Origin: Eledone cirrhosa
Taxonomy: Eukaryota
Length of the DNA stretch: 64,000 nt
Direction: 5' to 3'
Assembly (NCBI GenBank): GCA_964016885.1
Contig: OZ024741.1
Span: forward strand, 319,300,001 to 319,364,000
Shown here: piece by piece, positions 14,114 through 28,346 of the stretch
Layout: each line of letters starts with the position of its first letter
Numbering within the stretch: the stretch's first letter is position 1
The notes under the pieces: generated by a model
Seen by the model: only the letters and a program-made list of their open reading frames with translations
What the model was told of the DNA's origin: nothing
Database searches by the model: none
Made by a program: the position numbers and the translations under genes

Positions 14114-14243
14114 CAGATTTTGCAGCGTTAGGTGGAGAATGCAATATAATTTTTGATCGGACCCCTCTACCTAAGGCCTAAATGCATCCCTTGTTATCCC
14201 ATATGAAGGACGATGCGGTATGGATGTCTTTAATATTTCCAAC

Positions 14244-14562
14244 CATAGAGCATTGGCCTTGCAATCGAAAGGTTGTGAGTTCAATTCTCAGACCGGGTGA
14301 TGTGTTGTTTCCTTGAGTAAGACACTTTATTTCACATTGCTCCAGTTTACTCAGCTGTAGAAATGAGATGATAGGGACTGAGGTCCCTATCATTCCACTG
14401 CAAAGTGGTTATGGAGGTGCCACGGAAAAAAAGCACCCAGCACTGTAAATGAGGTTGGTGTTAGGAAGGGCATCCAGCTGTAGAAATCAAGCCAGAATCA
14501 GTTCCCGTCCCACCCTTGCAAGCATGGAAAAGTGGACGTAAAATAATGATGATGATGATGAT
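14244..14562 (+). mobile_element. SINE family A copy, slightly 5'-truncated
   Basis: Highly similar to 1315-1651 along its length. Confidence 0.85.
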
Positions 14563-14969
14563 TGCAGTGTTATGGTGATCTCATTTATGCCAATCAGTTA
14601 TTTGGTACTTTTCTCAGACCCTTTAGTCTTTTTAGGAGGCAGCCATTACTCCCCTTGTCATAGTTATATTACTGGGTTGTGAGAGTTTTCTTGGGAGCTA
14701 ACAGTAGCACACATTGCTCCATCTCCCTCATAGTTTACTGCTGTTGGTCCAGGGTTGCTTATTCATCTGGTAGGAGCTTGCTTATATGACATCTAAATAT
14801 CATATCCTGTGGTCATATCACTATCTACCACCTGCAACCTATTCTCTAGCTGAACAACTCTGCTGAGGAGGAACACAATTAATATATATAATAAAATAAT
14901 TTTGAATGAAAAAGATTAGCCATTTGAAACCATTTCTGGTTCTATGATATAGAATTGTTTGTTTTAAAG

Positions 14970-15217
14970 TCATCATCATCATCATCATCTTCTTCTTCGT
15001 CGGGGGCAGAATCCTCAAACACTCTTTCCAGTGGGTCCTGTCAGAAGCAGCCGTCTCTAACTGATCCGCTTGAATCCCCAAGCGAGACCAACCAAGCTCA
15101 TGGATGTTATCCAACCATCTTGCTCGGGGTCTACCCCTGGGTCTCCTACCGGTTGGTTTTGCCCATAAAATCTGCCCAGCGATTCTTTCCTGAGACATTC
15201 TAACCACATGCCCATAG
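14970..15217 (-). mobile_element. RTE-type LINE 3' end (related fragment at 53700-54060, plus)
   Basis: YGHVVRM..GRRPRGRPRARWLDNI; (AAG)(ATG)n tail. Confidence 0.8.
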
Positions 15218-16998
15218 TATTTATATTTTATTAAAAACCTTCCATCATAACTTTATATTAGAATATTTGTGAAGTTATGCTCCCCCCCCCCCCCCCCTCC
15301 CCCCCAAAAAAAACTGAATGATGAGAAAGTTAGTTATATTACTAAATCTTTCGAAATTCTTAATTATTTTGAATATTATTTGAAAATCATAGGCAGTGCC
15401 TTTCATTGAAAATAATGGGTGGGTAAAATTGGGCATAGCCATGTCTTTATATATCATGTTTCAATGAAAATCTATCCCCAAACACACACACACACACACA
15501 TGTAAATACACATACATATTGACAGATGCATACACATGTACACACTGGAATGGAATGGACCTCTACCAGTTTCAGCATGAAATTAGTATGAAATAAACAT
15601 GAAATTAACACATACACCCTTAACATATCTCTCAGGGAGATTCAATGTGTCACAGTTTGTGACAAGGCTGGCTTTTTGAGTTGCAGGTATAGTCAATCTG
15701 ACATACATACTTATACACATACACATTCACATACACAGACCCACACTCACTCAGACACACACATAAATGCATATACATATTAACAAACACACACACATAC
15801 ATACACATATTATCAAACACCCACATTGCTCTTGTAAAGTTAAGTACTTTCATCGTAGAAGTATTTAGTTTTCTACTTAGAAACGAGAATATTAGGAAGA
15901 AATATAATTCATATACTGAACCTACCCTCTTCCTATCAACCACCTACCCCTTCTTTACAACCACCCACCCCTGTCCCTAACAACCATTCACCCTCTTCCT
16001 AACAACCACCCACCCCCTTCCTAACACCCCACCACCTCCTCTTCCTAACAACCACCTACCCCCTTCCTAATACTCCACCACCTCCTCTTTCTAACAATCA
16101 CCCACCCCTTCCTAATACCCCACCACCTCCTCTTTCTAACAATCCCCACCATATTAACCACCCAGTACCTACTTACTAAACATTTACTACTCCCTCGCTA
16201 ATCCCCCACGATCCACCACTCTCACTAACCACCCTCCTTCACTAAACCTCCACTACCAACTCTTAATAACATGGGTCAACCATCAAGAATTAATTGCAAT
16301 ATTGATGATGAAAAAACAAATGGATTAAATACAAAATTAAAACTAACAAGAACATTTCATTGAAAATATGTGTTCTCTTCTACTCTACAGCCGTTGTTTA
16401 CTGTATGTGTCAATTGGAAGGATTTGCAAATATTTAGATGTCATTTTTGGAGACAAATGTTTTCTTAGCTGTCCTTTTCATATACCGACACTTTCTCTGC
16501 ATTACAAGAGCAAGTTGCAGGAGGGCTACCAAACATAATGTGGAAGTAGTAGAGATGATGTCTAGGTGACTATGGCTGATGAGGAGAAGTGACCAGTATG
16601 GGTCAGTAGTGTGTATGCCACTTGGACAAAGATTGAGGCTTCATCAACCTTGGTTAACTTTGGTTGGGTCACCTAGATGAGGGCGTATGTTGTAAGTCCC
16701 AAAACACCCAGTGACTCTGGGATACAACACAACATCATATTAAAAATTAAAGTTTTTATCCATATGTTATAAATTGTCACAACGATCTGTCCACTAATAA
16801 AGATACTATAAACATTTGAATTAACAAACATGTTTTGAGATATTTTGTGCTAAATCAATACAGGATGATTTATAGCAGAGATTGGGAACTCGCAGCCTTA
16901 AGGCGATGTGTGGCCTTCTATGCCATTGTGTGCATTCCAGCAAATTTTTTAATTTTTATTAATATATTTTGGTCTATGTTTTATTATTTTAATTTAAA

Positions 16999-17200
16999 GG
17001 GTAGTGGATTGGCAGTATCGGTAGAGAGTCAGACACCATGCTTTACACCATAGAGTTACAGCCCTTTATGATCGTTAACTTTGCCTTTCATCCTTATGGG
17101 GTCGATAAAATAAAGTACCAGCCATGCACTGGGGTCAATTTAATCGACTTTCTTCTCCCCAAAAATTGCTGGCCCTGTGCCTATATAAGAAACCATTATT
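16999..17200 (+). mobile_element. SINE family B, Nin-domain-like core (copies 31745-32110, 32750-32900, 33750-33965, 45810-46260)
   Basis: Degenerate tRNA-like head, conserved TTTGCCTTTCATCCTTACGGGGTCGATAAAATAAAGTACCAG core, (ATT)n tail; core resembles the Nin/Deu SINE domain as I recall it. Confidence 0.7.
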
Positions 17201-19289
17201 CTAATTTAAACCATAAGATGAACATAATTTAAATAGCAATGAGTAAAAGAAAATTCAACAAAATAATCCACACTGGCTGACAGCCAGAATTAAAAAATTA
17301 GTAGATTATAAGAGCCAATATCAAAATGCTTTCCTACAACAAGCATTCACAACAAAGTCATTAAAAGATAGTTAACTTTAAAATTAAATTTTTCTGTATT
17401 TCTTTTTAGATAATTAGTACATAGTAATTATATTTTTACAAGATAATGTAGATTTTAAGAATATGTAATTATAGTTTCTTGAATGCAACCTAATTATATT
17501 ACAAGTAACTTAATGCAACCTTGTAACATGAGTATTATACTGCACAGTTTTACAATGATCTCTCCACTAATAAAGATACTAACGTTTGAATTAATACACC
17601 TATTTTTAAAATATTTCCTACTAAATCAATACAGGATGTTAAAAGTTAAATATATAGAGATAATCCTACTCTCTACTTTGATTCCTGATTTAAATAATTA
17701 ATACCTGACAGGTGAGTGAAATTGTATTATGGATGGATGGCCCAGTTAATAGATTACAGAAGTAATGGAAGCACTGTATAATTATCAAGTGTTTTACTGG
17801 CTTAGACTACTCAGTGCAATAGTTTTCACAAGAAAAGTAGCCAAGATAGACTTAAGTCATATCCAAATATAATCTGTCTGTTTCTGGCACGTTTAATATT
17901 ATAAGAACTGGATTGAAGAGATGTTCAAGTGAAGCTTGAAGAATCATGAAAAGATGAATGGAAACAATTCATTGGAAGATTTTAATAGGAAACATTACAA
18001 ATCTTGGAGTTGTACTTATCTTACAAATGACACAGTAGAAGAGTCATTTTAGCCAGTGTTACATATAAACTGTCTTGCTATCACCTTAAACCTCAATTCT
18101 GGCCTCTTCTACCCATAATATAAATTGAACAAAAATGTAGATTATGTTGGCTATATATTAAGGAACGATCGACTTTCGTCAAATCGGACCAAGGGAACAA
18201 TGTTTCCGTTGGTCTTTCCAATTGCTAATACTATCTATCGGTCACAACTCCAGGTAGAAGGAGCAACGTGAAATAAAGTGTATTGCTCAAGGACATAACG
18301 CATCGCCTGGTCCAGGAATCGAACTCACAACCTTACGATTGCGAATATATATATATATATATATATATTTACCACTTTCATCCTATTGAACATTATAATC
18401 TTATTTTTATTCTACATATGGCCTGAACAATGGCTGACATCTGGTTCTTTGGGAACTAATATCTTTTTCTAGAATTTCAATATGTCTACTGATGATTGCA
18501 ACTCTTGGCTTCACCATTTGTCATAGTTAATCAACAGTAAATGTTGATGATTTTGCTGCATGAAATGGTACCATATAGACTTTGTAAAAACTTAGAGGCT
18601 ATGTAAGTATAATACTTATTCTGTCTCACAGTTTTCTTAACCTAATTAGATTGTTCTCTGTAAAATATTAGATATGTGGTTTCCTATGATATTGGCAGTG
18701 TACAACACTCTGAGGTCTTGGACTTTTATATATATATGAGTAAGACATGGTCATCTGACCTGGCATTGCTCACAACACGATAACTCGTCTAACCCATGCC
18801 AGTGTGGGAATATGGATGTTAAACAGTGATGATGATGATGATGATATACAGCATGTCCCAAGAAAATGTTTACACACTTCAACAGCATTCTAAGGTCTTG
18901 GGTTCCATCATTTACCATAGTATAAGGTTGACTCCAGCCTTGTGAGGGAAATTGGCTAGATAGAACTATTCGAAATCATTGAGATGGACTGTATCTGTAA
19001 TTTAAAGGACCAGACTTAACATACACTGTGTCATGCTGAATCATCTTGAGAATTATGTTAAAGGTATTTATGTCTCTGGAATACTCAGTCACATACACTA
19101 TAATGCAATATAGACTGTATCTGTAATTCAAAGGGACAACCATATCACACACTGAGTCATGCTGAATCTTCCTTAAAATTATGTTAAGTATGTGGAATAC
19201 TCAGCCACTTGCATACTAACTTCAAATGCAGGCTCTCCATTGAGCAAACTGGAGCACTGGTCATTGGAACTGATAGAGATCCATTCTCT

Positions 19290-20450
19290 CACACATTACA
19301 TTCAATTCCTCTTATACTCAGCTTTTCTCTCAGTTCACATTGTTCAGTTACATCAACATTGCACATCCAGTGAAGCAAGCATGTTTCATTTCTTTTTAGC
19401 CACCACAGGTCTTCTGCACTCAGAGCTGATGTCTTGCTGCTATGCAGCATAGCATTTCAAACACAAGCATCATTTACTGCCCTTTACTCTGAATGAGAAT
19501 TCTTTTGTTGTCACCAGAAATAACAGTGTTCTTTCAACCTGTTCTTACTCTGGCTACAACACTTTCAGTACATCCACCTTACACTGTTAATGAGTTCTCT
19601 TGGATAGAAAAACCCATCTACTAATTCTAGTGAGCCTTCTGAGCATTTGAGGGTGTTTATTTCTCGAGTACCATTACTGTTAAATATTCCTATACACCTG
19701 TCACATATAAACTCTACCTTCACTGATAGCCTACTCATGATCCTACTACACCTCTTGTGCATCCATTGTATATGCAATGCACCTTTATAGAGTTCCTATT
19801 TGCTCATTTTCTACATATTGAGTATGACCATTTATCTGATGACATTAAATTCATATCCTCTTTCCTATTTACTGAACTATTAATTTTTGCTAGGTTTACT
19901 TTCAGGGTTACTTTCAAAATTTTATTTCCATATCTGGAACTTCTGCCCTAATTCTTCTACGGATTTTTCTATGAGGACTAAATCATCAACATACATGGAC
20001 ATCCAGTCTTGAATTCCTTTTCTATAACCTGGAGGACAATAACAAACATAAGGGAGCTGAAAACTGAGCCTTGGTGGACTCCTAGTCACATGCTAAACTA
20101 AATGCTATATTCATTGTTAGCTCTCTCCTTGCTGACTCCATTCCTATCCATGGCTTGCTTGTACAGCTGTCACAAGCCATTCATCTATTCCTAGCTGTGT
20201 GTCGACCCACCAGATTACAGAGTGTGGGATTAATATCCATAATCAATTTTGCAATCTTCATAACCTGATCTAACAGTTTGCTCCCTCTGTAAATTGTCTT
20301 TCACTAGTGCGTCTCCTTTATCATTGTAGCAGTTGACAATGATGCTACAATACTAGTCATTGGTTATAACACCTTCCTGTGCTGTTTGATTTACCTTATG
20401 AATGTCTAACCTGTGTTTTGTTCCACCTGATAGTTTAACCATCTCATTTA
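19290..20450 (-). mobile_element. Degenerate RTE-type LINE RT region (related 3' remnant at 38230-38680)
   Basis: Broken motifs GVHQGSVFS, KVNLAK, LELVDGFFY. Confidence 0.55.
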
Positions 20451-20624
20451 CAAATACAAATTTTTGGTGTACTTTGCACAATTTAATAGATATTTCAATT
20501 ATATTACCAAAATAAACTAAAAAAATATGTGAATAAGTACAACTAGTGCCAGATTTACCCAAGTAAAGGGCCCCATAACTTAATTAGCACAGGGCCTCAT
20601 TTGGCCTAAATCCGGCATTGAGTA

Positions 20625-21050
20625 CAATCAGAAATGACCAACAGGGAAAAGTTGTACCAAACAAGCTGAAAATATCAAGCAACTTGTGAAAAGGTAAAAA
20701 ACAGTTAGATAACCAATGGGGACAAAAACTTCTCCATAGACAGTATGTACTCCAAAGAAAATATACTGATATAGACCAGAACTCAACACATCAGTGGCTC
20801 AGGAGTTTGGGACTAAAAACAGAGCCAGAAAGATTTATACAGGCAGCACAAGACCAAAGCTTGCTTACTAGAAACTACCAAGCCTATATTTTAAAATATA
20901 ATGTATTTCCAAGATGCAACAATAAACCAACTTATTTCAGGTTGTCAGATACTAACAACAAATGTGTATAAGAGCTGCCATGACAGAGTAGGTACATATT
21001 TATCTGCACTGGAGGCTATGTCCCCACTACAAAATACAAGCATTGAATAT
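20625..21050 (+). mobile_element. RLE-clade (R4-like) LINE C-terminal remnant
   Basis: WLRSLGLKTE.ERFIQAAQDQSLLTRNY, SGC..L, HDRVG, LHWRLC motifs. Confidence 0.6.
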
Positions 21051-22067
21051 TAACCATATTAAACCTTTTGTGACCATATGTCTAATGAAAGACACTGGAT
21101 TTGGTTTTCAAATAATTTTGAAAATCATGGGGAGTGTCTTTCATTAGAAATATGGTAACAATAGGATTAAAATAATCAGGAATTTAATAATATAACCAAT
21201 TATTAAGCTGATGTTTAGAACATAACTTAACAAGGGTTCTTACATAGAAATATGCCAGAGGGCTTTTAGTTAAATAGAAATAATTTAATCCTATTGTTAC
21301 CATATTTCTAATGAAAGACAGTACCTATGATTTTCAAATTATTTTTAAAATAATCAAGAATTTGGAGGGATTTAGTAATATAACTAACTTTCTCATTATT
21401 AACCTTGGTATTTGGAGCATAATTTAACAAAGGTTCTTAAGTAAAATTATGATAGATTTTTTTTAGATAAATATAAACACTTCAAAACATACAGTTTTGT
21501 ATTGCAGAACCAAAGTTGATTACAGGCGTTTTGGTGTCAAAACAATTAAAGACAATTTATTGTTTATTTTTAGTGTAGGAGAGAGAGGCTGGAATGACAC
21601 GTGACACACAGACATCTATATATACACCTACCTTGTCTCAGTGGACTTACTTAAGAGAAATATGGTAGTGTATGGATGACTGTATGTAAGTAAATATGGA
21701 TGTATGATTGGATGTGTATATGTATGTATGAATATGTATGTATGTATGTGTGTGTATGTAAATATGTGTGTGTGTATGTATATATGTATGGGTGTATAGA
21801 AATTAATGTTTCAATACGCATTTAATCATGCATACTTTGTTTGCATGAGGAATTCTTTATACATACACATACATACACACAAATACACTATACACAAACA
21901 AGCACACACACAAACAAATAAACACACACACACACATATATATATATATATGTATATATAAATATATATATATATATATATACATATACATACGTCCAAA
22001 CCCATGCAAGCGTGGAACATGGACGTTAAACGATGATGATGATGATGATGATACAAATATATATATA

Positions 22068-22320
22068 TCTATAATATTATAAAGCTGAGCGTCGTATGTA
22101 TGTATGTATGTATGTATGTATGTATGTATGTATGTATGTATGTATGTATGTATGTATGTCTCCTACACACCTCCCTATAGTTTCTTAGGTTTACTCTCTC
22201 CGTCGCTCTTCCCTCTCTCTATAATAGATCATTCCCCCTCTCTATAATTTAACTGCTTTACTCTCTCTGTCGCTCTTCACTCTTTATATGACAACACTGT
22301 TCTAGTTTCTGTATCTCTCT
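22068..22320 (+). mobile_element. Helitron-like non-autonomous element, 5' part
   Basis: Starts TCTATAATATTATAAAGCTG after an A, followed by (GTAT)n, as in non-autonomous Helitrons; no clear 3' hairpin/CTAG found. Confidence 0.4.
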
Positions 22321-23514
22321 TCAATATATACACACATAGAGAGAGAGAGGGGGGGGGGGAGAGGGGGGACCAGCAAGTGACCGATTTTCCAATGATGTTA
22401 AATCAAGTATCGGCATTAAAATAATTTTGAAATAAACACTGCGTATGATCAAATGTAGCGGTGATTGAAAAATAACGTTCATTTCCGGAGTATATCTTTC
22501 ATCTGTCGTCGCTCGCATAAGTAACACACACACACACAAATACACGTACTTTCACACCTGATTTCACCAATTATCTATTCCATAACCCAGATTGTACCAC
22601 TTGGATCTATTATGATATCACATTATCAACATCATCATCATTATAATTATAATTATAATGATGATGATTATAATTATAATTGTCATCATCTATCAAAGAA
22701 CAACATCAAAACCTCTTATATTTACATTCTTATTTTATATATCTCTATCTTTATATTTATCTCCCTAAATTTATTTCATCTCTGTCATTTTATTTTATCA
22801 TATAATATAACTTAAAACTAATTAATTTATTTATTTATTAAAATAACCAATACACACATAAATATATTTAACATTATCATATTTTCACCTTAATATCTTT
22901 CCATATATTTCAACAATTATCAAAAACCATTCTCAATAACTTTAATATGTTTAAATATTCATCGCACATTTTTACTCCTTTTACGTATTTATTTTTATTC
23001 TTCATTTTTCACATTTTATACCATTTTATATCACATTAGATATAATTTATTTATTTATTTATTTATTTATCAATTTTTATATATTTTTTAATATATTTTT
23101 TATATATCTATTTTTATTTTTATTTACATTTATTCATGTATTAACGTTTATTCATTTATTTGTCCCGCTATTCTTCTTTCTATCCTACATTATTTCTACT
23201 TTTGTTTGTCTCTCCTCTATCTACCATCATCTTCTATATATCTTCTTCTCTTTATATTTCTATCTATAATAATTTCTCCTTTTTCTTCTTCTTTCTCTTT
23301 TTCTTTTTCCTTCTTCTTCTTTCTCCTTCCTTTCCTTTCTTTCTTTGTGTGTATGTATTTTATATATATATGTGTGTGTGTATATATATATGCATATATG
23401 TGTTTTTAGTTATTTATATTTATATGTGTGTGTATATATATGTGTTTATGTGTGTATATGTATATATATATGTATATATATATGTATATATATATATATA
23501 TGTATATATGTGTG

Positions 23515-23552
<38 letters not shown>

Positions 23553-23699
23553 TAGTTTCCATTTATTTAATATCGTAAATATACTCCAAATACTTGTTGA
23601 GTGCTTTTATATCAGTTATAAATATTTACTAGTTGTAACCCAACAATTTAAATATAACTTTCCATATATATATATATATTTATTAAAATAACAGATTAA

Positions 23700-23750
23700 A
23701 GTTTAAGCAAAGAATCGCTGCTTTCACCCTTAACGGGATCTTCTGAAACT
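23700..23750 (-). ncRNA. Degenerate type I hammerhead motif
   Basis: AGUUU-CaGAAGA-uCCC(GUUAA)GGGu-GAAA-GCA..UGC-UU/AAACU; all three stems present, U4 replaced by A. Confidence 0.5.
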
Positions 23751-23801
23751 AACAAAGTCAATCTGTAAACGCAGAAGTGGATATTTCAAAAAACGTTGCA
23801 A

Positions 23802-23942
23802 CCGGAGGAAGACAGGAAGACGATACTTTGGTTCAGGGAAACGTTCGCTATGCAAATAAGTAATGGTATAAACAAATTACTTATTTGCATAGCGAACGTT
23901 TCCACGAACCAAAGTATCGTCTTCCTGTCTTCCTCCGGCTAT
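23802..23942. repeat. 63-bp-arm palindrome containing a hammerhead-like motif
   Basis: Arms 23802-23864 and 23876-23938, near perfect; minus strand reads AUAGC-CgGAGGA-...-GAAA-CG-UUC/GCUAU. Confidence 0.7.
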
Positions 23943-24037
23943 TTTAATAAATATTTGCTCTACGGTTCTTATATATTTGATATATATTTATCCTTATCGA
24001 GCCCTCTTTGGATTTTAGTCTTCAAATTTATTATTAT

Positions 24038-24096
<59 letters not shown>

Positions 24097-24795
24097 CGAA
24101 TTTGTATTTGTGTGTGTATATATATTTATATATATGTATATATATATATATGTGTGTGTGTGTCTGTAGGTTTGTATGTGTATGTGTGTGCATATATATA
24201 TATGTATCTGTATATATGTGTGTGTATGTATATATATATATATATATATATCATCATCATCATCAACGTTTAACGTCCGTGTTCCACGCTTGCATGGGTT
24301 TGGACGGGGGTTTTCCCACTTGAGGCAAGAGTGATTGTCTTGCTCGCATAGGACTTTCTGGCGGGTTTTCTACAGCTGGATGCCCTTCCTAACACCAACC
24401 ACATTTACAGTGTGGGGCTGGGAGGTTTTTACCGTGTTGCCTACACGGCCACATTACAGCGTGGACTGTGTGTTTTTTGTTGTGACACCTACACGATCTC
24501 ATATGTTTCGGCCTGGATGTTGTGGTACCAACATAACTTCACATTGAAAGGGGCAGTGTGGACGGGGTGGGGGTGGTGGGATGGGGGTGTATTTTGTTAG
24601 AGATACCTACTGACTGTAGTAGGTTTTACTTTGTATTTAGGTAAGGCGGGTCTTCTCTATTACTGGGGAACTGGAGTCATATGACTCCAGTTCCCCAGTG
24701 AATTAACAACCCAACAAGGAACTGGGCATATCAGAGTATTGACAATATCATACACCTAAATAACATATGTACTTGTCTATACCATACTAATTCAA

Positions 24796-24850
24796 ACTGC
24801 CTGAAGAGGTCACAGCCAAAGATGGCTGTCACTGAAATATATATAGCAGT
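24796..24850 (+). ncRNA. Minimal type I hammerhead ribozyme, apparently intact
   Basis: ACUGC-CUGAAGA-GGUCACAGCCA(AAGA)UGGCUGUCACU-GAAA-UAUAUA-UA/GCAGU: 5-bp stem I, full core, stem II with one mismatch, palindromic mini stem III; AATAAA directly after. Confidence 0.85.
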
Positions 24851-25457
24851 AATAAACGAAGCTAAATTTTAATCATTTGACTTTTATTTAACTTTATTTT
24901 ACACTACTCCAGAGTAACCAAACCAACCTGCGCACTTCGTCGAGTGCTCCAGCCTGCATACTGAGGTGTTGGTATACAACCAACATAAACTCAAAATCTC
25001 TCTATATATATATATATATATTTATCTGTGTGTGTGTGTGAATGTGCTTGCAGACACCTGTAATATTGCTTAAGAGAAACTTGACAATAAGGACAGGCGC
25101 CCCAAATTTGAACTTCTTTATTCAATTCTTTCTGCCTTTGTCACTCTAAGTAAAGCTTTAAGGAATTAGCTTTTAAAGAATTCCCCTTTCTTTAAACCCA
25201 TCAACCATGACCTCCACCCATCCTGTAGACACCTGAAATATAGGCATTGTTAGCTTAAGAGAAACTTAAAAATAAGGAGTGGCACCCCAATCTGAACTTG
25301 TTTATAGAATTCTTTCTCCCTTTGTCACTCTAAATATAAATTATACCTTTAAAGTATTAGCTTTTAAAGAATTCCCTTTCAACCAATGACCTTCATCCAT
25401 TACACTCTCCTACCACCAGAAAAGATATTAATACCACCATATTTACTTGGACAGTTC

Positions 25458-25505
25458 AGCTTCCTGATGATTTCTCAGGAATGAAACAGTTCTAGTCCTG
25501 TAGCT
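25458..25505 (+). ncRNA. Degenerate hammerhead motif (family also at 39340-39384, minus)
   Basis: AGCUUC-CUGAUGA-uUUC(UCAG)GAAu-GAAA-CAG(UUCUAGUC)CUG-UA; the GAAGC stem I partner is damaged here but present in the 39340 copy. Confidence 0.55.
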
Positions 25506-25596
25506 CTTCTATATTAAAACTTTTATACTCTGCTTTGTATTGAGTACCTTACTTACTGTGGTTACCTCCGATTCAACCCTGAATAACTTATCTATA

Positions 25597-25653
<57 letters not shown>

Positions 25654-25718
25654 TAGCCGTTAATATGTTTAAGGAAAGTATATACTTTCAAACGTTCAAT
25701 CGATTGACAGGAAGGTAT

Positions 25719-25761
25719 ACGGTGCTGATGACAGCTAAGAAGCTAGAAACTAGTTCATCGT
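25719..25761 (+). ncRNA. Minimal type I hammerhead ribozyme
   Basis: ACGGUG-CUGAUGA-cAGCU(AAGA)AGCUa-GAAA-CUAG-UU/CAUCGU; C.A mismatch at base of stem II; in a ~230-bp island between TA-rich tracts. Confidence 0.72.
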
Positions 25762-25879
25762 TCCTTTGTCAATGTTGAACAAAAGGGCAACAATGGTTGC
25801 TGAACACTGTACGGCTTAATTCGGGCTGTTTGTTTACAAACAAACCGAACATTATAATAAATGTTTGGTAAATCCATAC

Positions 25880-27420
<1,541 letters not shown>

Positions 27421-27805
27421 GATTTAATGGTTTTAGTCATTAGAGTGAGGCCATGCTGGGGTGCATTGAAAGTTCTGGAAGATATTTCTGAAGCACTCTC
27501 AGGAGGTTTTTCCTCTTCTCCACATACATACCACCAACACAGACAAACAGCATAACGCCCACCACTCACACATATACACACACTCGCGCTTGGCTGTTTC
27601 TCCAAGACAATTGTGGTAATGCCGCACCTCCCTGCAAAGGTGGGACTTTCCCCAACATACCATTATCTTCTTATTTTATTTTGTTTCCTCCTCTTCTCCA
27701 TGTCCACCTTCAGTTTCTTCTTCTCATCATAATATATCCCTTTCACCTCATCCTCCACCTCCTTCTTTTTCTCCTCCTCCCACTCCCCACCTCTCTGTCT
27801 CGGTC

Positions 27806-27842
<37 letters not shown>

Positions 27843-28046
27843 ACAGAATGAAAGAGATACAGTACAGTCAATCATAAACACTTACTGAGAGCTGATGGTC
27901 ATAGAACTGGGCGTGGTATGGTGCAACATGGTGTGGCATGGTGCAGCATGGGATTTCAAGTAATTTCTTCCCTTGTGCATTAATTATCACTGCTTGTTCT
28001 GTGTTCAACTTTTCTTTACTACCGACCACTTCCGGTCTTTGGTACT

Positions 28047-28054
28047 TATATAAG
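28047..28054 (+). promoter_or_regulatory. Candidate TATA box of the APGWamide gene
   Basis: TATATAAG 300 bp upstream of the ATG in unique sequence, preceded by an ETS-like ACTTCCGG at about 28028. Confidence 0.45.
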
Positions 28055-28346
28055 AAGGCTGGAGTGAATTTTTTTACTCATTGCTTTCCAAAGAAAGCTA
28101 AAGTTGCAACTTTAAAGCATAAAGTAAAGGCTTTAGAACAATTTTTCAGTTCTATTGCGTCTCATTGCATCAAAAGAGAACATTTTCTGATAGTGGGGTG
28201 TAAGAGAGGAAGTGAGGAAAGAATAGAAAAAAAGACTAATATCTTTTTTTTTCAACTCTTTATTTAAAAAGAACAAATCAAAAACAAAAAAAGAAGGTGC
28301 TCTCACTTCTTTGAAAAAAGAAAGTAAAATATTAATAAGTTTTAGT

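Noticed and set aside
16672-16725. Hammerhead-like TAGATGA-GGGC..GTCC-CAAAAC
   Set aside because: Both core segments mutated and no stem I.
16390-18602. Isolated splice-like signals (acceptor 16390, donor about 17711, AG at 18471 to GT at 18603) suggesting another gene
   Set aside because: No consistent reading frame; could be noncoding exons but cannot be supported without RNA data.
28311-28346. ORF-track start at TTG 28311
   Set aside because: Non-ATG start; first ATG at 28347 gives a normal precursor.
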